Shown: positions 13,771 to 28,509 of the stretch, piece by piece
How the letters are laid out: every line of letters begins with the position of its first letter
Position numbering within the stretch: position 1 is the first letter of the stretch
Source: Octopus vulgaris
Lineage: Eukaryota
Assembly (NCBI GenBank): GCA_951406725.2
Contig: OX597824.1
Span: 50,778,001 to 50,842,000, forward strand
DNA length: 64,000 nt
Direction: 5' to 3'
The notes under the pieces: model-generated
The model's database searches: none
What the model saw: only the letters and a program-made list of their open reading frames with translations
Told to the model about the DNA's origin: nothing
Made by a program: the position numbers and the translations under genes

Positions 13771-14032
13771 TGACCCGGCTGAACTAGGGTGTGCAAGCGC
13801 GTGTGTATGTGAGGATGGTGTGAGTTTGTTTGTGTGAATTGGGGCGAGCGCGCATGAATGTATGTGTGAGCGAGCTTGAAATTATGTGGGCCTTTCTGGG
13901 CATATGGATGTGTGTGTGTATTTGTATAAGTAACCTAGTGAGTGCATTTTGTAGAGATGTGCATTTCGTGTATTGTGAGTGTATGTGCAAGCGTTTGCGC
14001 GTGGACGTTTGTATATGTGTGTGAGGCTATCG

Positions 14033-14077
<45 letters not shown>

Positions 14078-14196
14078 CTATGTGTGTACTTTTGTGTGTG
14101 ACCAATAGAATAGGTACCAGGCTTTACAAAAAAAGATGAAGAACTTCGTACTAGAATAGTTACGTTCGATTAATCCTTTCATTATATATCTTATCA

Positions 14197-14247
<51 letters not shown>

Positions 14248-14349
14248 CGTCTATCTATCTATCTATTTATCTATCTATCCATCCATCCATCTCCCCCCCC
14301 TCTCTCTCTCTATATATATATATATATGTATATGTATAGGTCCTGTGAC

Positions 14350-14403
14350 TAGATTTGGGAGACGGAAACTGAAACTCCTCACATATATCCGTGTGTGTAT
14401 GTA

Positions 14404-14434
<31 letters not shown>

Positions 14435-14632
14435 TTCTGTATGTGATTGTCAACCACCATCTCTTCACAGTCGGTACTAGTTTGTTTATATCCTTTAACT
14501 TGGCGGTTCGACGAAAGAGACCAGGCTTTAAAAGAGAAAAGCGAGGGGATCGATTTGTTCGACAAGAGTCTTTAAGCTGAGGCCCCAATAAGATCAGAGT
14601 CCTGTGACTGAAAGAAGTAAAAGATAAAAGAT
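14350..14632 (+). mobile_element. SINE family A, partial
   Basis: GATTTGGGAGACGGAAACTGAA, internal GT repeat, AACTTGGCGGTTCGAC, TGACTGAAAGAAGTAAAAGATAAAAGA tail. Confidence 0.75.
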
Positions 14633-14794
14633 ACACCCCCCCCACACACACACGCATATTCACATATACAGACACAGACATACATGCGCACACGCTCACA
14701 CACATACATATATACACACACACTCATATTCATATCTATAAACGTGCGTGTGTGCGTATAAATACGTATATATCACCATATACAACTACGTGTT

Positions 14795-14826
<32 letters not shown>

Positions 14827-14827
<1 letters not shown>

Positions 14828-14945
14828 GGCCTGCTCGCTTAGCCAACGGGGTGGCGTCATTTGAAGGCTTAAACAATGCCAAGACGCATTATGACCAGCG
14901 ATGTGCTGCAACATCTGATAGCCTGGTCGGTCACGTGATCACGTG

Positions 14946-14947
<2 letters not shown>
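14827..14947 (+). mobile_element. Probable SINE/LINE 3' tail ending in a CACGTGAT tandem, inside a (TA)n tract
   Basis: GC-richer 120-bp insert between TA tracts ending GGTCACGTGATCACGTGAT; single copy in this window. Confidence 0.4.
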
Positions 14948-15001
<54 letters not shown>

Positions 15002-15077
15002 ATATACATATATACATATACATATATATATATATCTGTATATATGTATATATATAATATAAATGATATATATAGAT

Positions 15078-15130
<53 letters not shown>

Positions 15131-15135
<5 letters not shown>

Positions 15136-15786
15136 GTACGGGACGTCACCAACAGTAAACAACATGAAATACGAAAACAAATGAGTTCAATACACAAACA
15201 ACGAGAGAAAGGAATGGAAAACAGGACAAATAACTTCATCAGTTATCAGCTGTCTATCTACTCCTCATTTCTAATCATTGAACGAAAATATGAGTCTTCG
15301 GATACAGTTGCTCCCATAAGAACCCCCCCAAAAAAGATTTATGGAGGGTCAAATTTGGGAACAAAAACAGGATAGTGGCAACATGCAAGGAAACCAAACG
15401 AAAACAAACATCGAAGGTCGTTAGACCAGAACGAGTGTAAAATAGCGAACACTGGTGAAATATTTTCTTTGACGAGAGAAAAGATAAATGAGAGAGATGG
15501 AATACGTCCAGTCCCTAGGAAAGTCCTGAAGGAAAAGAAAGATGATTAGGTGAGGGAAAGAAAGATGGACGATGATCACGTGTGAGCAGCGGGATAATGA
15601 AGAGGTGAGAGGGAAAGAGAGAGAGAGGGAGAGAGACAGACAGACAAACAGATAGTAAACGGTGAAGGGGAGAAAAAGGGAATTAGAGAAACGGATGGGG
15701 AAGAAAACAGTATAGAGTAGAGTCGCATCAAAAAGATTAAGATAAACTTACTTGGAAATGGATGCGTGGCGCTCAATCAAATAATA

Positions 15787-15790
<4 letters not shown>
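15131..15790 (-). mobile_element. About 660-bp non-autonomous element in (TA)n (family H2), homologous to 58266-59007
   Basis: Shared blocks CACGCATCC.TTTC.AAGTAAG...TTTTGATGCG, GTTATTTGTCCTGT and the terminus GTCC.GTAC.CATATA; terminus repeated at 15924-15941. Confidence 0.75.
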
Positions 15791-15853
<63 letters not shown>

Positions 15854-16036
15854 TATGTATGTATATATATATGTATATATATATGCATATTCATATATAT
15901 ATACATACGTATACAAATGCATATATGGGTACAGAACGTCATATATATATATATATATATATATATGCATATATATATATACATATATACATATATACAT
16001 ATACATATACATATATGGGCTCATGATTTAATATAT

Positions 16037-16078
<42 letters not shown>

Positions 16079-16561
16079 GGATACACATATGCACATACAA
16101 ACACACTTATTGTTATAAGTAGATAAGTAGGAAGACTGAGAGAGGAAGAGAGAGTGAGAGAGAAACGGAAAGAGAGCTCGTCCATTATCCATTAAGTTGC
16201 CTTTACAATGTGGCCGAAAGTCAATCGTCAATTCTTAGGGGTTTTTTTTTGTATTGTTTTGTACATAGAAAGATAAGACAAACAAGAAATATGGAAGACG
16301 GAATCTCCCGAACCAAAACAGCATAAAAGTGTATGTGTGTAGGGGGTGGGGGCGAGTCGTTGTGGTAGGTCATGGATGGTGGGCTATTAGGGAAGAAAAT
16401 AAACCCTGTCAACAAAGGTAAAATGTCTAGATGTCAGTTTATTGTGTTAATCATTTCGATCTTGGCAGTTAAGTTACAATAGCAATATTTACCGTGCCAT
16501 TGATTCTCCTTTTGATGCTGATCTTCACTACTTTCTTTTTCCTCTCTATATCCAGTCACCC

Positions 16562-16596
<35 letters not shown>

Positions 16597-18499
16597 GTTC
16601 TCTCTCTCTCTCCTTCTGTATTTCTCACTTGTTCTTCACACTCGCCCCCGCCCACTTATTCGCTTACTGTTTTGTTCTCTATACTTGTATTTATCAGTTT
16701 TACTCTCGGCCTCATACCCTCCTCGTCCCACCTCCTTTATCTCTCTGTTCGCCTCTATCTTCTCTCGTTTCTAATTTACTCTTTTCTCTTATTATCGCAC
16801 CGGTGAGTCTTTCCGATTTACGTAGTTTTTGTTCTTGACTGCTGAGACGGACTGCCTTTTATATATACATACATGCAAATCTACATTCGTACACATTCAC
16901 ACACACACATACATACACACGTACATACTTACTCAGACATACATAAACTCAAACACGTATAAGTGTACACATATAAGCACACACACACTCACACACACAC
17001 GCATACATACGCACATAATTATATTGTTTCTATTGTTTTATCATACAAAGACATAAGTGTTCAATACGCCCTTGTACTTATTTTTTTATTTGAATTGCAT
17101 AGAGACTATTTAGGGCATATGTGTGTGTGTGTGTTGTGTATGTATATGAATATATATTTGTATGTCTGTATTTGTATGTATTATATAATAGATATATGTA
17201 TATATGAATGTGTACGTATGTGTGCGTGTATGTCTGTCCGAGTGTACAAGTGAGATTCCAAACTGTTGCTTATGGTTTCATGCGACTAGCTGTTTGCTTT
17301 TATTTGACAAACATTTCTAGTATGTGGGTAATAAAGGACAACAACTGAAAGTTACGATCATTACACATTATCATGTTCCCCTCACATAATCCATCATCGG
17401 CAGTGCTCTTCATCATGTCTCTGAAAGCCTTTCCTTAAATGTTACGCGACAAAATTCGAGCATATGGATGGTGGGGAAGGGCTATTTATTTATGTCGTAG
17501 TTTTGCTGCTTAGACCTGAGATGCGGTAGAGAATGATGTATGGAAATAGGGAAAACCTGACTATTCATGTTAATGTTTTTGTCCAAGATTGCTCATGTAA
17601 TGTTTGTGTTTCTTCTATTGATTTCTAAATCAATTTCGAGAGTCCTATGTCATTTTGTAAATAGGAGTGGCAAAATCAGTTGGTGTCTTATTGCAACAAT
17701 AAATATAACAACACAATCAACAAAACCATGAGGGAGCTTTTACGTGGTCACTCAACCGTGCTACATATAGCAGCCAAATCACTCTGAAATCACACTTTAT
17801 CATTTTGAAACCTAAAGGACATAATGGATAATGCAGTCCGCCCTACATGCATTATGTCTGAAAAGTAAAGATAGGATGTTTACAGCTAGAATGTCTTTCA
17901 TCATAGTTTTTTATAAAAATATTGCGGGCGATATATGAAGTCAACAGTGATTTCAATAAGAACAATCTGAAAATAAATAGACACAAACACACGAACTGCA
18001 ATCAAATAAACATAGATTCAAACATAGGACCTACAATCCGTGTAATCAGTGGTGGGTTACAAACTTCTTCAAATACGTCGGAAACTGATTATTGAAGACA
18101 TATCCAAATGAATATAATTTTTGTTACTCTTCAGTGATCTGGAACCCTACCAATAGCAATCCAATTTATTCAAAACGTTCACCTAGATAACATCATAAAA
18201 CAATAACCTATCACCTTTTTAATCATAAATACTTGACAAAAAGAAATAGTACAGGCGATTTTGATAATACTTATAGTACTTCAACATCTCAGTGACAGAA
18301 ATCTTGCTGGCATTAAAATGGGTAAATGGAGTGGCAACAATTTATAATAATATTCCGTAAATTTGACTTATGAGTGACGGTTGAAAGGAAGCTGACAATG
18401 GTAAACGTCCTGAAATCATGCAAGTAGCTATTAGATAGGAGAGTCCTGTCGCGTTTCAATATGGGAAAGAAACATATGCTTCTCTAATTGACCCATTTA

Positions 18500-18960
18500 A
18501 TCATAACATTTCCCTTCATCATTCATAACAATCCCACCTATTTGTTAAATTGTTGACCCGTCGGGTGTAAAATTCCTCACCTTTCGATTCAAAAGACATT
18601 CAATATACTTTTCAATCTCTTCACTATTAAGAAACAGTTTTCCTCCTAAATAATGTTGCATTGGTCTGAAAAGCTGATAATCAACCAGACCAAGGTCAGG
18701 CAAGTAAAGAAGATGAAGCAAAACTTTCATATTTAGTGCCATAATTTATTTTTCTGAGTGACGTGGGCAATATGCATTATCGTGCAAGAGCAACATTCCT
18801 TTACGACTGAATAATGATGAAGTGCTTTTCTGGAAAAGTTTTGTGCAATGCTTCCTATTGACAGCAATACATCTCTGCGCTAACTGTTTCATTTTGGTTT
18901 GACATTTCATAATAGACGACACTCTTTATATTCCCTCGGACATAGAGCATAACATTCGTT
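18500..18960 (-). pseudogene. Old mariner transposase fragment (catalytic C-terminal half)
   Basis: GMLLLHDNA followed by HLLYLPDLGLVDYQLFRPMQHYLGGKLF (HPPYSPDLAPSDYHLFRSMQH-like). Confidence 0.8.
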
Positions 18961-19329
18961 TTAAAATGGAAAATCGTCACGATCATAGAATAAATTAACC
19001 TGAAAGGAAACAAGAAAAACATTATTATAAGGAGGGATTATGCAATTATTGCATTATATAATACAATATTGTATACACAAATTAACGCAGATAAAGAAAG
19101 CAAATTCATCAGATAACCAGAACATCATGGTTACACCAACGATTCAACTCTCAGGAAATGATTTAATCGATTGGGTATCCTGGATTTCAGCTGCATGGAA
19201 CTCTGCTTCCCACTGTATTGGGATTATTTTGTAGTTTGTTAGCCGACTCCGCTAGAGAAGCTTTCTGTAATAGCCACACGCTTCTATAAGTCCATATATT
19301 ACACTAAAAATGTATATATATATATATAG

Positions 19330-19530
19330 GTGAAATTTTCAGAAAAACAAAAGACGAAGACAGATGTATGAACAACAAACAGGTGTATTAGTTTGACGCT
19401 CAGGAGGGTGAGAAAATCTTTTACGTTTCGAGTTTACGCTCTTCAACAGAAAGGAACACGAGGGAATAAACAGAGATAGATAGATAGATAGTATTCACCT
19501 CCAAGAATAGAGAGAAGTCGGTATATTTTC
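19330..19530 (-). mobile_element. Short hammerhead-bearing element (family H1) between TA tracts
   Basis: Minus strand CTTT-CTGTTGA-AGAGC.GTAA.ACTC-GAAA-CG-TA^AAAG at 19418-19453; flanks homologous to 13540-13770. Confidence 0.65.
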
Positions 19531-19544
19531 ACTTATATATATTT

Positions 19545-19596
<52 letters not shown>

Positions 19597-19639
19597 CAGC
19601 TTACATAATTGAACTGTTACCTAACATTCTGTTGAATCC

Positions 19640-19830
19640 ATGTACAGTTGTCTACTTCAAGTTTTTCTCCAAATTTCTCTTGACTTGTTAGAGTGTCATT
19701 ACTTGGAGAGGTTTTGAGCTCCAGTTTTTGCTCCAGTTTCAACCGTTTTCAGAGCTGATTTTAGTTGGTCTTTGTAACGATGGAAAGGACATCCACTTGG
19801 ACTTTTCCCACTGGCTAATTCAGTGAATCA
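19640..19830 (-). mobile_element. RTE-clade LINE C-terminal fragment
   Basis: Minus strand ELASGKSPSGCPFHRYKDQLKSALK resembles the RTE GEL..GKR..GRP..RYKD.LK motif. Confidence 0.55.
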
Positions 19831-20540
19831 AACCAAAAATAAAGTTATAAATAAGAGGAATTGCTTTCAAATCCTCAAAATATCACTCCGAGACACAATA
19901 TTCGAGAGACTTCATGCGTATATACTAACAAACAATAAAAAAATGTTTCTTTTAAAATATAGAAATAATAGAAGCACCTAATAACACATTATCTTCAGAA
20001 TTTAACTATACCAAAAATAAACTTATTTAGACATTAATACTTTACAGATCTCTATTGTCAAAATCTCCTTAAAGTCAAAGAATACTAGCTGAAAAGTTAT
20101 TTACCATTCACTAGTTTCCATAGTTTTGTATGACTATAGTTACACTACAGGGGTCCTTACGAGAAATTTTTCATGGAAAGTTATATAGTTGAATACGTTT
20201 TGTGTAAAATATTTCTATAGAAATTTTACTTCATCTTCCTAAACATCGATAAACACCCATATATGGAACCTATAATTGTCACCAAATAGTATTCAGTACG
20301 ATATGAGGAAACCCACCTTAGTTTGTATATATTTGCACACTTCATATTTGGACACTTCACAAATCATCATCACTTGATAACCAAGAACGAAAAATTCCGA
20401 GTTGCGGCTCAGACAGATTCAACTTTTAATAAATATTATTTCAATCTAACTTAAGTGTATTGCGTACTCTCATTTACTGCAATGCATTTACTACAATATA
20501 AAATTTGCACCAGTTATACGTACATAAGTACGTACTTAGG

Positions 20541-20690
20541 TACCTACCTGCCTACCTACCTACCTACCTACCTACCTACCTACCTACCTACCTACCTACC
20601 TACCTACCTACCTACCTACCTACCTACCTACCTACCTACCTACCTACCTACATACATACATACATACATACCTATATACATACATACATA
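20541..20690. repeat. (CTAC)n then (CATA)n tetranucleotide microsatellite
   Basis: Directly visible. Confidence 0.95.
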
Positions 20691-22369
20691 CATGATTACA
20701 TATATACACACACACATAATACATACACACATACGTATATACACACACATACATAAATGTATACATACATGTGTATTGATTTATATATATATATACATAC
20801 ATATAAATGTGCATATGTGCATGTATATGTATATTTATGTATGTACATATGTATAACTATGTATGTATATGTATATATATATGTGTGTGTAGTGAGAGAG
20901 AGAGAGGGCTGTATGCATATATGTATACTTATATATGCATAGGTACATATGTATATATACATCAAATCAGACATCATGCTATTAGTAGCGAGTGGCAGTT
21001 GAATGTTTACTTAGAGTTGAACGACAGTATGATAAATAGCTGTTGTGAGATGGGAGAAGGATGTTCGATACAATGTTTAATTAACCTAGCCTTCAGGCAT
21101 TGTCTTTGGCAAAAGCGATATATATTTACACACACAGACACTGTCACAGACACACACATATACACACACACTCACGCACACAAACACACACACATGGATA
21201 TATGCTTATTTATATGAATGTGTATGAGTACATGAATGCACTTACACATATGTATACATGTATGTGTGAGTGTGTCTATATTATACATACACATACACGC
21301 ATATACACACCACACCCACACATATATATAGATAGATGCATACATACATACACACACATAAACACACACGCACACACACATATATACACACATACATACA
21401 ATCAATCGATTAAATCTTATTTACAAAGCTCTTTCTCTCATCTCTCACTCTCTCTCAGTCACACACACGCATAAACACGCACATACACAAATACACACAC
21501 ATACACTCACATAAACACCTCTTCAAGTTCCTCCTTAATGGCCGTTCACACGAATTCCCGATGTCTTGTTTGCTAAACATTTAATTCTCTATCTTAGCTT
21601 TCACTACAGTTGACAGTCATCCAACGCCTGTTTAACAATAACTTTATTACCGTTATTCTTGTTAATGTTGCCGCTGTTGTTGTTGTTGTTGTTGCTGGTA
21701 TTGTTATTTGTTATTGTCGTTGCTACTGTTTTTGTTGTTAGTGTTTTTATGTCTTTCATTACTTATCGACAGTATCCGCTTTTTGTTTGCATCTATTGAT
21801 TTACGATTGTTGATTAATAGCATTTTTTTTATGTTGTTCTGGTTTGTGTTGTGTAGCCCCATGTGCAACCACGATCGGCAGAATGATCACCAAATGTTTT
21901 CCGTCCGTGACCTTTTCGTCTTTTGTTTCTAAGAATATTGTATTTAGGACGACATTATCCAATATAACCTTTCTTTAACATGATAAGCTTCTGATTTGAG
22001 GTAGACTTAGTCGTTATTTCTAGTTTGCTTTTCGGTTTCGTCAATATAGTTGTGATAGTACTGGTACATTTTCATGTTGATTTGTTGTTTAAAATAAAAA
22101 TCTGTCATAGCATTAAATAAATATGCGTGTGATGAAGTCGAGTCATTTTTCAAGTGGGGGAGGGGTAGCATAATGGCTGTCTTGTGCGTTGACTAGAATC
22201 GTTGGCTGTAATCGTGAACTTTTTTATTACACTTAACTTTTAAAAATATTTTTGATAAGGTTCGTTTTTTCAAGAAGTAAAATCTCTAAGAAAATTAAAA
22301 TTTATCTTATATAGTGGCGTTTTCAAACTTCTTTTTTATAAATATACACCCACTCGCATGTCACCTACA

Positions 22370-22434
<65 letters not shown>

Positions 22435-22596
22435 CCGGCCGCCAACACATTTTTCCTCAAATAGAGGTAGCTTATCCTGCTTAGGCTATATTATTAACAT
22501 TATGTTGCGTTTGAGAATTTAAAATCACTTCTTTAACTTTCTAAGACATCTCAATGCTTTATTTACGTTCATCGTAATTTGAAATTAATATATATT

Positions 22597-22630
<34 letters not shown>

Positions 22631-23193
22631 TGTGCACATACGTTATAATGGAGAACGCTGCTTATTATTAATTAGGTGTGTAACAGTTACTAAAAGCACT
22701 AAAAGAAAGCAATTATTAAAGGGTTGACTGGAAACATTTTTATAAATTCATGTTCCAAGAAATTTCCAATAATTTCAATTTCTCAAGTTTCTTGAATTTT
22801 TAAACTCCAATTTCTCGTAAATTTAAATATTCACTGCATTCACTGCGGAGTATTCCATTTTCATTTGCAAAGTCTCTCACTTTCTATTTTAAGTTTTAAT
22901 TCGCTATTAATGTATACGTAATGTAAAAACATTATTGAATGAAATTTTTTTTAAATACCCGTATAATTTTTGAACGCGGGATAGCTGTGAGAAGCGCCTA
23001 GAAAATTGGGTAATTACTATTAGAAGACAAGGAGAGAAAGATAGCTACCGACAAGTACTCGAAACTTGCACCTTTTTCGCAGTTTCCTTCAACAGTGACA
23101 CACACATACACACACACACCAATACACACTCGCGCAGACACATAGATACACATACACACAAATGAAAGACAATGAATGTGTGTGCGTGTACGT

Positions 23194-23256
<63 letters not shown>

Positions 23257-24539
23257 GTTCAGTGACAAAACTTCGTGCTGCATCATTTTTGTGAAGATTT
23301 GTCAGTGAAGTCGTGGTTTCAAAGCAACGAAAATATTTTGACCCAAATGAAGTTTTAATGTTGAAGTGAACCTAACGGTATTTGTGTGTTCTTAAATGGT
23401 TTACAAACATCTTCCTCGCTGCAATTTCTTTTGTTTCAGCACACGATCTCACATCATGTCACATGTTATGCAAGTACATCTCCGTAATTTTTTTAAATCA
23501 CACTGGATAAATATCAGCAATATCAGGCTCTCCAGTATTTTAATTTCTAAACTGAAACAATCGGAGGCATGGAGTGGGGTTTCAAAAGATTCATAATTTC
23601 TCAATTTTTTTTTGATAGCGTATGAATGTATTTATGGGGAAATATATATAAAAACACTAGTACATGCGACAGTAATAAAGAAACGTGGGTGGATTGTCTT
23701 TGGATGTGCTTGAAACAACAGCCAAATCACCCTTAAATCATTTTTCCCTCTGAAAATATTAACTTTTAAAAATAATTTTTGCCGAAAATGCTCTTCCCAT
23801 GGTTTTGAAGTGTAAAAAAGAAAAAAGGCCAAAATGGGTCCGGAGTGGGATGATATAGGAGGTGGGCGGAAATAAAAGAGTTTTCAAAACTTTTTTCATG
23901 CAAAGATGCCCCATAATCCCATCATTTCGAAGGCTATGGTTTAAAAAAAAGATGGAGAAAATCTACGAAAATCCTTTTCTCCGCAAATTTCTTTATAATC
24001 GTAATCAACGCCGTTTGAAAAAGATTTGTATAATTTTTCAAAGTCAGATCGTGTGAATTTTCTGAAACTCCTCTCTCCACCCAGTCGCAAGAATACTTTC
24101 CCATAAATCCCTATATACTCTGAAGCCACAATTCTATGCGGTATTTGTAGAAAATGTTGATAAAAAGTATCCATTTTTCTGGATGTTATGAGGAAACAAA
24201 GTCGGGGGCGTATACACCTGTAGTAATGCCCTTTTATTTATGCGATTTTTTCATTTCATGTTTATTTCATTCATTGTTGTGACTCTGTCTGACATACACA
24301 CTGCATTGAAATTTCTATGTTGCTTTGAAGGGAAGGTAAAACTTGACAAACTGCTTCCCCCTCTGTCGTTGGACTACTGTGATGTTTGTTGAAAAAAGAG
24401 AGATTATGACTGTGATAAAATAATGAAACCAATATTTACTAAGCAAGTGAGCACTGTTATACAAAGAAGTAATTAGAGGTAAAATATGAAAATTATTAGA
24501 AATGGGAATCAAATGTGAAAATATTATCAAAGGGCTAGC

Positions 24540-24572
24540 AGAAAACCGCCCGGAGGGCGGCCTTTCTTCTAG
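24540..24572 (+). mobile_element. Helitron-type 3' terminus (5' end not located)
   Basis: GC hairpin CCGCCC-GGA-GGGCGG followed by CCTTTCTT-CTAG|T. Confidence 0.5.
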
Positions 24573-24574
24573 TG

Positions 24575-24614
<40 letters not shown>

Positions 24615-24639
24615 AATAAATATATATATATGTATAGGC

Positions 24640-24712
<73 letters not shown>

Positions 24713-24714
<2 letters not shown>

Positions 24715-25118
24715 CGTAGGAGTGGCTGTGTGGTAAGAAGCTTGCTAACGAACCACATGGTTCCGGGTTCAGTCCCACTGCGTGGCACCTTGGGCAAGTG
24801 TCTTCTACTATAGCCTCGGGCCAACCAAAGCCTTGTGAGTGGATTTGGTAGACGGAAACTGAAAGAAGCCCGTCGTATATATGTATATATATATGTGTGT
24901 GTGTATGTTTGTGTGTTGTGTTTGCCCCCCCCCCCACATCGCTTGACAACCGATGCTGGTGTGTTTATGTCCCTGTAACTTAGCGGTTCGGCAAAAGAGA
25001 CCGATAGAATAGGTACTAGGCTTACAAAGAATAAGTCCTGGGGTTGATTTGCTCGACTAAAGGTGGTGCTCCAGCATGGCCACAGTCAAATGACTGAAGC
25101 AAGTAAAAGAGTAAAAGA
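24713..25118 (+). mobile_element. SINE family A, full-length reference copy (about 405 bp)
   Basis: Pol III A-box-like TGGCTGTGTGG, B-box-like GGTTCAGTCC, CORE-like CACCTTGGGCAAGTG, internal TA/GT repeat, tandem tail GTAAAAGA; many copies in the window. Confidence 0.9.
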
Positions 25119-25139
25119 GATATATATAAATATATATTT

Positions 25140-28000
25140 CTGGGAGAGTTAGAGGTTGGGAAGCCAACCAACAAAGGGATAGCACCTATCCAATATACTG
25201 CTGGTAGGATGCCCAATTATTAATACCCAAGTGTGTGGCAATTTCGCAATTGAATGTCATATATGGGCAGGGGTTAAATTATTTATCCTTAATCTATACA
25301 GCAAAAAGAAAATGGGGTGGATAGAAAAATGACATACATCAGCCAGTAGACATTCTATTATGTCTATTCCAAAACAAAAGGGAGTGTTATAAGAATACAT
25401 GCACATGCAAAGACTGTGTTACACAAATATATACTAGTATTTACTAGTATACTAGTAATACATCAAATACTAGTATATACATAGTATATACTAGTAATAC
25501 ATCAAACAGTAAAAGATTAAAAAGTCAGTTCCTTACGGCCGCTCCTGCCAAGAGGCCACGATATCCTCCATGCTAGCTGCATTTCTTCAGTGTTCTGTAG
25601 GGATGGGTAGATAGAGTGTGGATGTTGAGTGTGCCTCTAGGCTTCATCAGAGGGTCTAAATGGTTAGGAGAGCCGATACATACAAGAGTCAGTTACTAAT
25701 TGGTACCGTATATTTTTCTTATTGAAGTGGGCATAAGAAGAATAGGAGTAAGACTTAGGAGTGTGAGAGGAGTAAAATTTAGTAAAATGGATTTGATATA
25801 GTAAGGAGAAATAAGTCATATGCTTCAAGTGTTGCCTTCCAAGATTCATGTTATTTTGTCCAGTGGTGAATAGGTAGGTATATTTGTTCTAAGGATGACT
25901 TTTTTTTTAGGAAGGGTAAATTTAGGCAGTGGTTCTTATTTTGTTTACATATAAATACACGTTATGTTTGTATTTACAGTGGTGGGTTTGAAAGTATGGT
26001 CCGTGTTTCAGAGGTGTCAGTTAGTACTAAAGAGAGTATGGCACCAGGTGGTGACCAAAGTACGGTGTTTGATTGTGATTGTTATTTTTTCGATCAACAA
26101 GTCCCTGAATCCTTGTGTGCAGTGGTTATGGTTAGTCCTGCAATCTAATTGGTCAGCTATTTTTTAAACTATGACGCGATTCTGGTTCGTTGATGGTTAA
26201 CAGATAACACAAAAACAAATCAGATAAATAAATAAGTAAATAAATTAATTAAAGAATAAATGGATAAAAAACACCGTAAAAGACACCGTGGCCACTATGG
26301 GCAAGCAGGAGAGTAAAATACCATTCAAACTAGATTAAATTAAATTAAATTAAATCTAGATAAGTAAACAAATAAATAAATGAATAAATAAATAAATGAG
26401 TATGTGAGTGATTACGATAATTAAAGCAATATGATTAAGGGGATATGATCTTAAGGGACAGAATAAGAAAAATAAATTATTGCAAACGCATAAAATAAAA
26501 AATAAAAAACAAAAATGTAAAATATACATCTATCTATCAGGGGAATCAGCTATATTGTTAAACATAATATAGAAGGACAGAGGATTCATTTTTGTTGGAA
26601 GGCGTAATAAGGAGGATTTTCTGACAAGGGACAGCAAATGGAACGGACCGGATCGATTGCTTGTTTTTTCTGCTAAAACCTATACTAGAAAAATATAGAA
26701 TAACGGATATAAAGTATTAAATGGATAGCAATGTGTTATAGCATTAAATTACTAAATTATTTAATTAAGTGAGATCTGTCAGAATGATGTGGACCATACT
26801 TTGAAACCCACCACTGTAAACACAAGCATAACGTGTATTTATATGTAAACAAAATAAGAACCTCGAGTCACCGTTGTTGACCCCAAATATCAGAAAACGA
26901 AAGAATATTGTTCTTATTGTTCTTGTTATTGTTGTGGTAGTTCGTATTCTTTTCTCCATTCTAAAACTACTCTTTGTTGCATCTTCAATTGTGCATGTGT
27001 AACTGCTTCAACCTGGAGATCAGTTTTTACCTCTTGTTTCTTACTTTTTAACATTTCTTTTCTTACAGTCACTTTCGCCACTCGACACGTCTGAATGGTC
27101 CCAACCGGGGACGGGCATATATTGCTGTGTTATAGTCTGTTGTTCTGATTGTTATTGTTTAGAGGTTTTCAGTTGTTGTTGTTGGTGATGTGCTGGCTGT
27201 TTAGGGCGGTGTTGTTCCAGTTGTTTTTCTGTTTTTGCTGCTTCCGCGGTTGCAGGCTTTAGCGTTGCATTTGCTGTCATTCTTGCTGTTGTAGCCGCAT
27301 GCTGTTGTTGATGCTGCTGCTGTTGATGTATGCTGTTGTCGATGCTGCTGGTGTTTCTACTGTTGGTGTTGTTGCTGCTGTGGGGGTGGTGTCAGCAGAA
27401 GAGAAAGATTTGTTTCTCGCTGCTTTGTCTCTGAGTAAAAAATCTTGAAAAGGATTGTGCTACCATACAAGAGACAATGAGTTTTCTCACTCGACGGTCT
27501 CGTACTGTTGTGATCCTCTGATGGATCAGTCAGTTACAGTATAGATTCCATACTTTCATTATCCATTTGAATATCCCGACACTCTGGTTACATACGGGTA
27601 TTTCTGCAAGCAGTTCTTTGTAAAAATTTCTATCGATATTTCTTCTGATGCCTACTACACCATCAGGATATCTGTTTTTATGGTTTTGTATGTGTTCCGC
27701 CAGCTCTCTTTTCCGTTGTTTTCTTACATCGGTGGCTTTGTAAACAAACAAAACTTCTGAAGTTGGTCTTCTTTTTGGCAAATGGATTTCGGTACATTTA
27801 AAACTACGTTTCCTGAGGATCTCGTGAGGTAGTTTTCTTTGTAATTTTTTAAATCTTGAAATAATAAAAAAATTCTTATTTTGGGCTCACAGCGTCGACG
27901 AAACCGCCAACACTAGATTTGCAAATTGTTGTTTCGTAATGTTTCATGAGTTGTTGTTAACGGGGAGTTGAAAGCGGCGGTGGAATTTACAGAAGCATTG
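25140..28000 (-). mobile_element. Heavily degraded, rearranged L1/Tx1-like LINE
   Basis: Minus strand HMTFNCEIATH (C-terminal H..F.C), QLAWRI, and an ORF1-like basic segment at 27530-27781; many stops. Confidence 0.4.
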
Positions 28001-28462
28001 AAGCGATAGTTTTAATTTTTACTTTTCAGTTCTTTATTATCATTTTTGTTGTTGTTAATTCGATCAAACTTACCCAACATTCTTTTGTATTTATTGCCTC
28101 TTCCCTTTCTCTCAGTTTTCACTTCCCTAATCCATAATCTATCTCTTCTGCTCTTCTCTCATTAGGTCCACTCTCCCAACACTCCTCCCATTCTTTTACA
28201 GTTCTTATCTTTAACTTTTGGATATTAAGATGGATCTCAATATATCCATTTTATTATTAATTTACCAATTCATCATCCACTTCTCGAAACAATTCGTTCG
28301 ATCTGAATATGAGAAAATCTGGAGCATTATCAATAAATTATATTAAACAGCACAGATTAAATGTATGTATGCATAATAACATGTATGTATGCATACATGT
28401 TTGTGTTTCTGTGTATATATGCGTTTGTATGTATTCATGTATATATATATGTTTCTTTGTAA

Positions 28463-28509
<47 letters not shown>

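Noticed and set aside
17730-17910. Old dispersed repeat (TAGCAGCCAAATC.../GGATAATG), with similar patches near 21850-22030, 23700, 50130 and 61000
   Set aside because: Similarity is too patchy to define boundaries or class by eye
19040-19234. pogo/Tigger-like WISAAWNS motif
   Set aside because: Single short motif with no supporting DDE context; too weak to call
24713-24790. tRNA gene
   Set aside because: A/B boxes are present, but there is no complete cloverleaf and it continues into a multi-copy SINE body
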